A stretch of 63,948 nt of DNA, counting the filler, from Octopus bimaculoides (lineage: Eukaryota), in the NCBI RefSeq assembly GCF_001194135.2. It is 8 parts of 7 records of this genome, joined end to end, with 100 filler letters (N's around TTAATTAATTAA, not from the genome) between each part and the next. Parts side by side here need not be neighbours in the genome. Positions count along the whole stretch, not along the records: positions 1 to 26,561 come from NC_069000.1; 7 more parts are not named here. One strand, written 5' to 3'. Both the position numbers and the translations under genes were made by a program. The notes beneath the pieces are model-generated. The model saw only the letters and a list, made by a program, of their open reading frames with translations. It searched no databases and was not told where the DNA came from. Below, piece by piece: positions 10,517 through 22,119 of this stretch (position 1 is the first letter of the stretch; every line of letters begins with the position of its first letter).

Positions 10517-12011
10517 CACCCAGAACCACACTAATAGCTTAGGGGTGAAATTTAGGATTTCTTGGTTTTCTGTGAATCAATTTTGATAAAACTTTTCCCA
10601 GCTAGTTTGCACACCATGGCAACACTTGTTATGTTTTCATTATTCTGTTGAACGTCCTTTCTTTTTTATTTCAAATTCTTCAGTTTTTGGGTGAACCACA
10701 CTAATAGCTTTTGAATGAAAATAGCCCATCTAGACATTTTTTTTTTCAGAAAATGAAGTGTAGATACATATTAAGCATACATTGAGTTTTAACAGAAAAC
10801 CATAATATTATAACATTTATTGACAATGAATTATTTAGCCACATGAGTGCCAAGGAAGAAACAATCCAATTGTGGAACCTCCAAGACTGGGACAGCTAGG
10901 GATTTAAGGAATATTGGCCACAAATTACATGGGAAACCTGGACAATCAAGCCAAGCCATTTTCATCATCTCCAGACTTCCTCATGTACTGAAAACCACCA
11001 GAAATCGCATCCTCAGAACCATGGTTTCCATGTGAGAACCCTTGAAACTGCCTCCTCACAGGAGTTTGAGGCTTTAATAGGCCAAAAAGTACATGATGTT
11101 AGACTTGTGTTCTGTTCACTGATGAAACCAGGGCAACCCTTGATGAACCTGATGGTTGGGCAAATGCTTGAGTTTATTTTGGAGATGAGCATCACCAATA
11201 TTTATGATGTCAACAACAGGGTGGAGGAGTCATGTTGTGGGCTGTTATGATTGGGGACAGAATTGTTGGCCCAGTCAGGTACCTGAAGAGGTTAAAGTGA
11301 CCACAGTCGCCTACTGCAATCTCCTGAAGGAGGTCTTGGATCCCTGGATAGATGACATACTGCTGTCACTCGTATTCATGCATATCAATGCTCCCTCCCA
11401 CTCTGTTAGGACCACCCAAACATTCCTAGGGTCTTACAGCATACAAGGTGAAAGGTTGATGGTGTGGCTACTAGCATCTCCAGATCTCAACCCTATCAAA
11501 AGTCTTTGATCCATCATTAAACAAGATATTTATGCTGATGGACATCAATTTATGTCAAAAGCTGTCTTATGGGCAACCATCAAAGCTGCAACAGAGGTAG
11601 TCCAACCTGCTACTATTAAGAAATTGACAGATTCCATGACTAATAGGAAGTTAACTGTCAAAATGGCGCTCATGTGGCTAAATAATTCATTATGTCAATA
11701 GATGTTATAATATTATTATGGTTTTTGTTGAATATATACTCAATGTATGCTTAATATGTATCATTACCCTTCATTTTCTGAAAAATAATGTCTAGATGGG
11801 CTATTTTCATTCAAAAGCTATTAATGTGGTTCACTCAAAAACTGAAGAATCTGAAATAAAAAAGAAAGGATGTTACACAGAATAATGAAAACATAACAAT
11901 GGTATTGCCATAGTGCACAAACCAGCTGGGAAAAGTTTTATCAAAATCAATTCACAGAAAACCTGAGAAATCCTAAATATCACTCCAAAGCTATTAGCAT
12001 GGTTCTGGGTG
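10517..12011 (+). mobile_element. Tc1-like element (1495 bp) with ~335-bp IR/DR-type inverted repeats and a decayed transposase
   Basis: 10517-10852 is the inverted copy of ~11665-12011, each with an internal direct repeat GAACCACACTAATAGCTT. Coding remnants FTDETRATLDEPDGW, GGGVMLWA, FMHINAPSH and SPDLNPIKSL. Confidence 0.88.
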
Positions 12012-12014
12012 CAT

Positions 12015-12500
12015 ATGTGTGTATCTTTGTGCTTGCGTTTGTCCCCTCCCCCATTACCGCTTGACAACTAGTGTTGGTGTGTTTATGTCCTTGTAACTTA
12101 GCAGTTTGGCAAAAGAGATCGAGAGAATAAGTACTTGGCTTACGAAATAAGTCTTGGGGTTGATTTATTCGACTAAAACCCTTCAAGGCAGTACTCCAAA
12201 ATGGCCATCTTCTCTCTACCGCAAGACATCTTTTTCTGTCTCTCAATACTATTCCCCTCTCAGTTGAAGGAGTCTTTGTCTTGCAAGTTACTTGGTGACC
12301 TCACTGTTGCAGGAGCCACGTAAAAATCACCTAGTACACTTTGTAAAGTAATTAGCATTAAGAAGGGCACCTCACCATAAAAACCATGCCAAAGCAGACA
12401 ACAGAGCTTGGTGCAGTCTTTTGACTAATCAGTTCCTGTCAAACCATCCAACCCATGCCAGCATGGAAAACAGTCAAAATATGATGATGATGATGATATA
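12015..12500 (+). mobile_element. SINE family A 3' part followed by an RTE-type 3' repeat ending in (TGA)n
   Basis: TTGACAACTAGTGTTGGTGTGTTTATGTCC..AAAATGGCCA, then AAGGGCACC..AAACCATGCCAAAGCAGAC..CCCATGCCAGCATGGAAAAC..ATGATGATGATG; a similar block lies at 24815-24985. Confidence 0.6.
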
Positions 12501-12653
12501 TGTTAGTAGAGTCACTTGTGAACTAACACAGTTTCATAATAGAGTTAAAAATACATAATCGATCACATATAAAATCAGTAAGCTTGGTGCACGAATTCAA
12601 AATGAATTTACAGGAAATTTAAACAAATTTTCTGTCAAACACTGACTTTATGC

Positions 12654-12990
12654 CAGGGGTTCTGAACCATTTTTTATCTATGAACTCCTTTGATTACTAC
12701 TTTATTCTGGTGGGCCGCCATACTCATTTGATGTTTAAAAACTAGTTTTATAGAAACTTCTTTAAAAATTCCTATTTTGTTTTTCACACATTAACTTGTG
12801 TAGGTTGAACTAAGGAAAACATTAGAGAAAGAAACCTAGCTGTTTCTTGCAATACATATCAATTCATACATCTAAAGCAACATTTTTTCAGGGCTCTTAA
12901 AGTACTATTGTAGATCTCCAACTTATTATTTTTTTGTGTGAATCCCCAAAAATCTTATATCACCATCAGGAGCCTAGGTGTTACAAGGTG
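12654..12990 (+). mobile_element. hAT-type MITE
   Basis: Starts CAGGGGTTCTGAACC; an inverted copy of the body lies at ~37580-37829. Confidence 0.6.
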
Positions 12991-13778
12991 CACATTTCTA
13001 TTAACTCGTTAGCATTCAGATTACTCTGTTAAATGTGATGCTTATTTATTCACATTGTTTTGAATTAATCATGGATTGTCTTGTAACTTCAAGATTTTGA
13101 TGATTGTTTACTTTTAGAATGTAATTGTAGGGTAGGAGTGAGAGGCCAGATCTGGACAGTTTAGAACATAAAGCAGGCAGAATATTTTGACTGGATATGG
13201 CCAGTTCAAAGGCTTAGGGGCTAAATCCTTTTGGCTGAGTTGGATAGGTTCCTTTAGATTTTACAAAATTTTGTCAAGGAAGTAAATCAGTAAATTGGTG
13301 AAGAAGAGTTTCTGAAATTATCCTTGGACCAGGAGCAAAAGAAGAATTTCTGAAAAATGACATAAGTTGGGATAGTAGAATAATAATGAGGAATTTGTGG
13401 AAAAAATGCATGCTACCAATCATGTAGAATCCCATATACAACACTGTTGATGAAATACCGATGAAGATACTTCAGTCGATTGATTTAATCATTTATTAAT
13501 TTTTATATTGTCTCTTTTTGTTTTTACGTATTTATTTGTTTTTTATTACAAAATTCCAGACATTTTCATTAAAACATTTCTGAAGGACCAAAGTATTATA
13601 CAAAAGATATGAAATTAGAAGAGAATTTCAGCTCAGTTAAACTCTGATACACACACACACACACACACACATTTTTTTTTTTTTGTCTTTTTCAGAACTT
13701 GAGCGATAATAACCATTGAATGACACATGAGAGATATCAGTTACAGCCAAAATGAAGTTCTTTTACATACACTCTACA

Positions 13779-13816
<38 letters not shown>

Positions 13817-14438
13817 TGTACACAAGTCTCAAATATAGATCTTTACAGCATCTGTGCTCCTTTATATAAAGTTCTTGTCCTTTCCTTTTTCTTCTAATAA
13901 TGTTTTCNNNNNNNNNNNNNNNNNNNNNNNNNNNNNNNNNNNNNNNNNNNNNNNNNNNNNNNNNNNNNNNNNNNNNNNNNNNNNNNNNNNNNNNNNNNNN
14001 NNNNNNNNNNNNNNNNNNNNNNNNNNNNNNNNNNNNNNNNNNNNNNNNNNNNNNNNNNNNNNNNNNNNNNNNNNNNNNNNNNNNNNNNNNNNNNNNNNNN
14101 NNNNNNNNNNNNNNNNNNNNNNNNNNNNNNNNNNNNNNNNNNNNNNNNNNNNNNNNNNNNNNNNNNNNNNNNNNNNNNNNNNNNNNNNNNNNNNNNNNNN
14201 NNNNNNNNNNNNNNNNNNNNNNNNNNNNNNNNNNNNNNNNNNNNNNNNNNNNNNNNNNNNNNNNNNNNNNNNNNNNNNNNNNNNNNNNNNNNNNNNNNNN
14301 NNNNNNNNNNNNNNNNNNNNNNNNNNNNNNNNNNNNNNNNNNNNNNNNNNNNNNNNNNNNNNNNNNNNNNNNNNNNNNNNNNNNNNNNNNNNNNNNNNNN
14401 NNNNNNNNNNNNNNNNNNNNNNNNNNNNNNNNNNNNNN

Positions 14439-14490
<52 letters not shown>

Positions 14491-16415
14491 AAATGTATAT
14501 GACCTTTTGTCTCCTAACAATTTAATTTTAATTTTATATATATATATATATATATACATACACACACACACACATGGGAGAGAGAGAGAAAAACATGGAG
14601 ATGTTTCTAAACTTTGAAATCAAAAGACAGAAAGAGTACTCAAAATATGTAACAGATGTAATTTGTTTGAAGCTGATGATTTGCTTCCTTGTTACCCAGA
14701 GTTTCTCTATTATGTGTAACGCTTCAGAGAAACTGAGTAGTAATGAACTGAATTAAAAGCTTTGAATAAATATGTGTGCATATGTATGTGTGGATGGGGT
14801 GAGTGGTGGTGTGGGTGCAGTTATGTTGGGTTACTGATCGTAAGCTGTTATTACTGTTGCATTCTGCCAAGCAAGGCTTTTTAATCCCGGTGCCCCACCT
14901 CCCCACTGGCCTGACTGAACAAAAAAAAAAAGAAGAAATGAAATACGAACAGGCTTTTGTTTTATGACTGAGAGTGATTAGCATTAAGGGGTATATGCAG
15001 CTGTCAAAACAACTGTGCCAACAAATACAGCACCCCAAATATATATATATATATAGTATGGATGTATCTATTTACTGAAGTTAATGTGCTAGAGTAATAA
15101 CCATATAGTTATAAAATGAAAGCTATATAATACAGCCATTATGCCTTTGGGTAAGGTAAATAACTCTTCTTGAATTTGATCTTGCCACCAACAGAATCTA
15201 TTTCTAATTCATATGAAGGATTTCAAAATAAATAAATAAATAAATAAATAAAAAGCAAGATGTGAAATTTTCTTTCACACCAAGGTCATTCCAGACATAG
15301 ATACATGAGCTAACAAAGGAGCTCTGATTTGATCGCTGCATCAATAATTGGACCATTATGCAGTTTCTTGAACTGCTAGAAACAACAGCAAAATCTCTTA
15401 CCTTAGATACTTTAGTCATAGATATACTATATTTGAGAGGGAAAAAATGATAGTCTTTGATAAAAGGTCTGCTTAATCAGAGGTTACCTGGAAACAAATA
15501 ACAGACTAGCTAGGTTTAATGATGCTCTATTAGGGAATACTGCAATATCAAAGTCAACTGGCTTGATAGTAAATTAAGCCTTTTTTTTTAATTATATAAT
15601 ACATTCCAATTTATGATTGCCAACCATATTTTTAAGTATGTTGACTTAACTGAGACAAACACACATTATATGGACTCTACAAATCAAGCAGCTGATAAAT
15701 AGGGATGCTTAGCTCTAGTTTCTCTAACATTAGGACTTTGTGACGTAAATCTCTCCTCTTGGACAGGATGCTAATTTCCAGCAGAATGTCTGGTCCCTTT
15801 TCTGAGAATTTTTATCTACCAAATTTCACAATATATTGGGTCATCTGAGGCTACAGTATAAGAAATGTACCTCAGATAACATACAATGTGACTGAGACTG
15901 AAACCATGTGGTTGCAAACTAAACTTCTTAACTACACAGTTTTGCCTAATCATATTCTCTCATTCTTTTTATTGATTTCAGTGATTCAACTGTGGCCATT
16001 CTGGGACACAATTTCCTATAATCGATTACCTGAGCACATATTTCATTGATTTCAGATGGATGAAAGGCAAAGTGGTCATGGGCTCAATTTGAACTCAGAA
16101 TGTAAAAGGATGTAGCCAGGTGCCACAATGTATTTGGTCCAATATTCTACTGATTCTGCCAATTATCTGCCTTTATAATGACTTTAAAAATGATATATGA
16201 TATATGTGTTCCAGACCAGCACACTAGATGAGTTATATCTACATATAAAAAGATGGGCTGATTCTAGAAACTGAATGAGTGGGAAGTTGCTTTTCCACTT
16301 TAACTCAGTTACATCTACTCATGGCATAATTCATTATATTGAGGAATGGTAACTGAAGATAGCAGCAACAACAGCATCAACAACAGTATCAACAACCAAA
16401 GGAATAAAATTAGTC

Positions 16416-16622
16416 TTTTCAAATACAGGCACAAGGCCTGGAATTTTGAAGGAAGGGTTAGCACTCAACTGGTACTTATTTTACCTGATTCCCAAAAAAA
16501 AAAGAAAAAAAGAAAAAATGAAAGGCAAAGTCAGCCTCAGCAGAATTTGAATTTAAAGATGGCTGAAATGCTGCCAAGCACTTTGTCCAGCATGCTAACA
16601 ATTCTACCAGCTGACCACCTTT
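16416..16622 (-). mobile_element. SINE family B
   Basis: GCACAAGGCC..CAACTGGTACTTATTTT..ATGAAAGGCAAAGTCAGCCTCAGCAGAATTTGAA..ACCAGCTGACCACC is the reverse complement of family B. Confidence 0.65.
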
Positions 16623-17633
16623 TGAAGGAATAAAATCAATAAAAAGTATTTTCAACTGTAGAATATGAATTCCAAACCTAAATGAAGCATAATCCAAGTA
16701 TAACATTCTAACCAGGTATCTCAACTCTACATATTCAAATATGTATGTGCATATGTTAGTGTGTATATGTGACTGTATGGTCGTATGTAAAAGTAGACAG
16801 ATTTTCAGGAAAAAAAATTGGGGTGGGGTGTTACTGAATTACAATCATAAGTAAAAAATATTTTTAACTTTTAAAAAAAAAATAGCATTTAAAATATATT
16901 TCATGAAATCATATCTTATGCACAAGTTCCATAACAATAGTTAAAACAAGTGTCCCTTTACTGTAACCAACTTCCTTTATAGATTGTTGTCTCTTGCATC
17001 ACAGGAGACATTACTCTTTATATATGTATATATACATACATATATGTGTGTGTGTATGTAGCTTTTAAGACTTGTCAGAAAGTTATAAGATAATGACAAT
17101 AAATTAAAATGTATATAATATATATATAAATTTTTGAATGTAAGAATGTACATATATACATATATATATGTAGATAGAGAGAGAGAGAGAAAGAGAGAAG
17201 TGTGTGTGTGTGTGTGTGTGTACACAGGCATTCAATAAATAAGAAATGAGTGGAATTTATCTATTAACAAAACTAACATGATGCTCCATTACAAAAAAAA
17301 TTATAATTTCATTCAAACCCAGCACCAGATGTATCAGTTACTAGCAAAAATATATTATATACACACACAAAAGACTAATAGACATATACATACATGAATA
17401 AAGAGTGACAGACCTGTGAGTGTATGCCCAACACACACTTTTGTAAGCATGTGCATAGTAAGTGCACATGTATATGCATTTGTCTGGGTAAGAATGCACA
17501 TCAAATTGTGTGTGTGCATGCATGTGATTGCACACACACTTATATACACAAATACATATTATTATTATATGTATGTGTATTATGTTCAGACTGAGTGATT
17601 CAGAAGTCCCTTTAGCATTTAAATGATATATAA

Positions 17634-17665
<32 letters not shown>

Positions 17666-17971
17666 ATATAATTCTTTATATATATATATATACATATATA
17701 TATAATTCTTTAACATGTTATAATGAGCAAACAAAGATGCCTTCTCAACCCTCCACCTATCAAGACATTCATGATGTGATGTCTGGAGAGGGAGAAGGCT
17801 ACACAAGCACTTGACTGCTATCCATTTCAGTTGGGTAGACTGAAGTAACATGCAAGAAAATGTCTTCTTCAAGATTCAGAATTTGGACAAAATGTAGCCC
17901 AGTCTATGAATCAAATTTACAACCTAGTAGTTGCTTGCCCAAAACAGACTTTTGAATCAACATGTGTGATG

Positions 17972-18018
<47 letters not shown>

Positions 18019-18405
18019 ACAGGAACTTTTGAACCAACCTGTATATGTAAATATATATGCATGTGCATACATGTGTGTGTGTCAGTATCCAGATACATAC
18101 ACATGCAAATGTGACACTAGTACACTTGCATGCATATGTGCAATAATATACAGTTACATTATCACATATATCAGCATAATCTAAGACATATTTAATGATA
18201 CGTAATGAATGTGATGTCTGTGAATGTACTTGCATACACACAGATACATATATCTTAGCTACTGAGGATTTGTTTACTCTCTTTTGCGCACGCAAACACA
18301 TACGCTTGTATGCATACACGCATGTTTGTACACACACACACACCTATATTATATGTACATACATATACATATTCCCATGCAAGTTTTCAGTCTCTCGCTA
18401 TATCT

Positions 18406-21400
18406 CTATAGTGTATCTTGATTAAGTTCTGAAATCAATTGGTCAGTTCTGTTAAAATCCTCTTTCACCTTCCACTCAATACTTTCTTCATCTAGCTTTT
18501 CTTCTTTACTACCTTCCTTACTTTCCTCTTCAGCTACTTCTCCTGTTCCCTGTTTCTCTACTTCTGCCCTTACCTCTTTTATCATTGTTTTTTCTTTCTC
18601 CTCTTCTATTAATCTACTTTTTCCTTTTTGGCCATTATCTTTTTTTGAACCAGCACTGACCCCATCTACTTCCATTTCCACCTCCTCTTTATTTGCATTC
18701 TCTTTGTTCAATTTATTTGATTCTGAGTCAATACATGTTTCTTCTTCTCTTTCCCCTTTTGTATTTTTTTCATCCTTTGCTTCCCTTACAATCTCATCAT
18801 CTTCCTTTTCTAGTATTACAAGTGCTTGTTTTTCCACTTCCTCCAAAAGTCTTTCTTCCAAATTACCCACTTCTTTCTCAGATTTTTCTGCTGCACTGTC
18901 TGTTTTTGTCTTCACCTTGCTGTCATTTTTTTCCTCAGATTTTTCTGTTTTGACACAAGATCCAGCTTCAAACATTACACATTGCAATTCGCCACACTCT
19001 GTCATGTGTTGGATGGGATTTGTGGTAGATACTAAGATATTGCGGCAAAACACACACTGGTTCTTTAGGTTGCTTACATGTGATACCAAATGCACTACAA
19101 GTTTGCGGAAGTCTTCAAACACAGAACTGCAATAATAGCAGATGCAAAACCCTGTTTCCAAATGAGATTTAAGGTGAAATATATAGTTATAGAGATAACG
19201 GACTTTTACTGAACAATATTTGCAAGTGAAGTTCTCATCTTCGTATTGTTCAGAAACTGATTTACTTGCCTGTAGTGTTGTACGTTTAGCCTCATCAATG
19301 TCTTCAAAATCAATGGAACTAAGATCAACAGTAATTATCGCTTTCGTAGATGGTGGTCGGGTTAGTGGATTTAATGCCGGAACTTTAGAAGCTGTAAGTG
19401 AGCTGTCTCCAACTTGATAATTGTCAGAAACATTCCCAGTTCTTGTTGAAGAATGTGACATCTGGGATGTTTCAGAATTTGTTATTGTTAAGGGTTCTTT
19501 GTTGGATGTTTGGAAGTTGGCTTCAATCTCAGCACTACTCAGTGAACGGATATCTACGAGAGTAATGCCAGAGACAGAAGATTTGTCACCGACTTCATCA
19601 ACAGGCCTGCTTACAGTTTCAGTTACTTCCTCCGATGGTTTTAAAGATCTGATGTCAACGAGAGTAATGTCTGACAATGATGAACTACTTTCATTGGCTA
19701 CAGCAGCAGACTGAACATTTAGGCTGTTGTTTCTAGTGGAGTTAGATGACGCCCAGAGATTGCTGTTCAAATTGATTGTACTTGTGTTTGGAATACGATT
19801 CTGATTTGTATTAAATGCTCTGATGTTATTGTTGGAAAGATCAAATTCTACAACAGATGCCTGATTATTCAACACTGGAGGCCTTCCAGAGCTGTCATGT
19901 GATTCCAAGTCTACAATATCAACAACATTTTTGGAAGTCGACTTACTACTAGACAAGCTGGTACCATTCTCGTAACTGATAATGTTGATGTCAGGATTGG
20001 TTAAATCAAACTGAACAACATCAGTTGATCCTGAAGGTACATTCGAAGTTTTCTCTTCCTCAGCTACAAGATCTATAACAGGGATGTTGTTAGGAGTAGC
20101 TAGCATCTTCCTTTGGCGATTCAGTCGTGAGATTAGCATGGCATTTGGATTGTTTAAAGTAGATACTCCTGGGTTGACGTTTACAGCACGTTTCTGATGA
20201 CTTCGGTTTCTTACAATCTGTACAGGGTAACTATTGCTGCTAGTTGGAGTACCAGTCATACTATTTTCTCTTGGACTTATGTCTTTACGAACCAGTGAAC
20301 TAAGAGGGACATTGCTGTTTGCATAAATCTGAACTGGACGAACCTCTTGGTTAACAATATTACTATTGTTGGCAGCTTGCTGCTGGTTCAAAGTGCCAAG
20401 ATTGACACTAGTAAGATCACAATTAAGGGTATTCACTGGGTGACTAGTAGGGTTTTGTAAGACTTGGTTGCTCTTTTGCTGGTATACTATTGTGTTGCGT
20501 TTGTTCCAGTCATTCAAATTATTTGCTCTAAGACCAGAGTTGAGTGTATTCTGCACCTGTTTTGGGATCTGATTTAAATTTATCCGATTAATTCGACTAT
20601 TATTGCTTGGTGGCATTTTGTTTCGTTCCATGGCACCCAAATTAACAACAGACAGATCACAGTTCAAAGTATTTGATGTTTGACCCACTGTTGGTGCACC
20701 AACATCAGTTAATCTTTCTACTTGACGTATACGCCGGTTTCTTCTGAGGAAATTTATATCTGCTGTAGTGAGATCAAAATTCACGGCACTTCTCACTCGG
20801 TTTGAGGGGAGATTATTTTGAGAAACAGAGTTTCTTGATCTTGATACAAGCAAGTTGTTGCTAGGTCTGTAGTTACGGTTCAATGAACTGATATTAGAAA
20901 TTGTCAGGTCACAATTAACTGTACTGTTTGATTTGCTACCATTGGAGAACTGTGATGTCACATTTGGTGCAGCAGCCCCTGATCGCTGACTGATTGTAGC
21001 AAGATCAGAACGAGTTAAATCGCAATTAACAACATTTCTTTGACTCTGTTGATTTAAAGGATTGGAATAAAGACTGTTAGTGGAATAACGCTGATTTGGA
21101 ATTGGCTGTTGTGCTAACTGCTTTCTTTGACTGTACCTAAAATTTGAAGGCTGTTGCATTCTTACTATGTTTCTGTTGTTGCCATTTTCAGGCATCAAAT
21201 AGATTCGATCAGTAATATTTCTACCGGAGGGATTGTGTGTAGAGTTCTGGCGTGTAGATGAACTTTGAACCTGAATTTGATTTTGTAACAGGGAATTCTG
21301 GGAGTTCTTCTGAGATGCCAACTGTTGAGACAAAAGAGAAATAGCAGCTGCTTTTGACAGTTGATTTGCACTGGGCTGTCGATTCTGAGGTGTTGTGGAA

Positions 21401-22119
21401 TTAGATAAGTTTTGAAATCGAAATGGTCGCTTCAGTGAACTGACCCCAGTGACTATGACATCATTATCACTGTTACTGGGGCGTTTTTGAGCCAATCTCA
21501 CAGTTTGGTTTGTGTTCAGGGAGTTGATGTCTCTGGATGTTAGATCACAGTTAACAGTTGTGTCATTTGATGCAAGTCTCATCGCATTTTGGAGAGAAAC
21601 TTGATTCGGCAACAAATTCCTCTTGTTTTTGTTCATTGACCTCAAATCTGTAGAACGTAAATCACAGTTCAAAGTGTTTGCATTGTTAATGCCAGGAGCT
21701 ACACTAATTAAGGGCACATTCGATGAGTTGCCTCGACTGGACTGGTTGCTGGCCAACAGATTGGCAATAGTTCGTGGTTGCCGGAAATTACTAAGATTGT
21801 CTTTCTGTGCCTGTGTCACACCAATACCTAAGTGAGCATCTTTGTGTTTGTTTAAAGTAGCCAAATTATTAAATGTCATCTTGCAAAGTGGACACTGCAG
21901 CTCTTTGTTGACATTGTGAGTCAGCATGTGGACGGATAAATAGTGTTTGTTTTGAAACAATTTATGACAAATATTACATTCTGACTCTCTCTCTTGAGAG
22001 TGAACATTTCTCATATGCCTCTCCAGGTGTACAGGACGAGAAAATGTCATTTGACAGTGCTCACATGTATAAAGCTTTCCTGGTTGAGCACTAGCATCTT
22101 CAATATGAGTTGCACCCAT
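18406..22119 (-). CDS. C2H2 zinc-finger protein (~1237 aa): 3 N-terminal C2H2, long N/Q/S-rich region with a repeated DLT motif, 2 C2H2 + 1 C2HC, acidic/Lys-rich C-terminus
   Basis: Uninterrupted 3.7-kb ORF in repeat-rich DNA. Six C-x2-C-x12-H-x3/4-[HC] units at ~22072-21832 and ~19233-18990. The first ATG (22119) has context AAAATGG; the track's start at 22185 is a GTG, with an in-frame TAA at 22206-22204. Confidence 0.95.
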   Translation of the reverse strand: MGATHIEDASAQPGKLYTCEHCQMTFSRPVHLERHMRNVHSQERESECNICHKLFQNKHYLSVHMLTHNVNKELQCPLCKMTFNNLATLNKHKDAHLGIGVTQAQKDNLSNFRQPRTIANLLASNQSSRGNSSNVPLISVAPGINNANTLNCDLRSTDLRSMNKNKRNLLPNQVSLQNAMRLASNDTTVNCDLTSRDINSLNTNQTVRLAQKRPSNSDNDVIVTGVSSLKRPFRFQNLSNSTTPQNRQPSANQLSKAAAISLLSQQLASQKNSQNSLLQNQIQVQSSSTRQNSTHNPSGRNITDRIYLMPENGNNRNIVRMQQPSNFRYSQRKQLAQQPIPNQRYSTNSLYSNPLNQQSQRNVVNCDLTRSDLATISQRSGAAAPNVTSQFSNGSKSNSTVNCDLTISNISSLNRNYRPSNNLLVSRSRNSVSQNNLPSNRVRSAVNFDLTTADINFLRRNRRIRQVERLTDVGAPTVGQTSNTLNCDLSVVNLGAMERNKMPPSNNSRINRINLNQIPKQVQNTLNSGLRANNLNDWNKRNTIVYQQKSNQVLQNPTSHPVNTLNCDLTSVNLGTLNQQQAANNSNIVNQEVRPVQIYANSNVPLSSLVRKDISPRENSMTGTPTSSNSYPVQIVRNRSHQKRAVNVNPGVSTLNNPNAMLISRLNRQRKMLATPNNIPVIDLVAEEEKTSNVPSGSTDVVQFDLTNPDINIISYENGTSLSSSKSTSKNVVDIVDLESHDSSGRPPVLNNQASVVEFDLSNNNIRAFNTNQNRIPNTSTINLNSNLWASSNSTRNNSLNVQSAAVANESSSSLSDITLVDIRSLKPSEEVTETVSRPVDEVGDKSSVSGITLVDIRSLSSAEIEANFQTSNKEPLTITNSETSQMSHSSTRTGNVSDNYQVGDSSLTASKVPALNPLTRPPSTKAIITVDLSSIDFEDIDEAKRTTLQASKSVSEQYEDENFTCKYCSVKVRYLYNYIFHLKSHLETGFCICYYCSSVFEDFRKLVVHLVSHVSNLKNQCVFCRNILVSTTNPIQHMTECGELQCVMFEAGSCVKTEKSEEKNDSKVKTKTDSAAEKSEKEVGNLEERLLEEVEKQALVILEKEDDEIVREAKDEKNTKGEREEETCIDSESNKLNKENANKEEVEMEVDGVSAGSKKDNGQKGKSRLIEEEKEKTMIKEVRAEVEKQGTGEVAEEESKEGSKEEKLDEESIEWKVKEDFNRTDQLISELNQDTL

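Noticed and set aside
13260-13480. Purine-rich, protein-like readings and the acceptor-like site at ~13695
   Set aside because: Stops in all frames and no matching donor.
16977-18425. CVCV/YIYI/HTHT ORFs here and throughout the window
   Set aside because: Translations of dinucleotide microsatellites.
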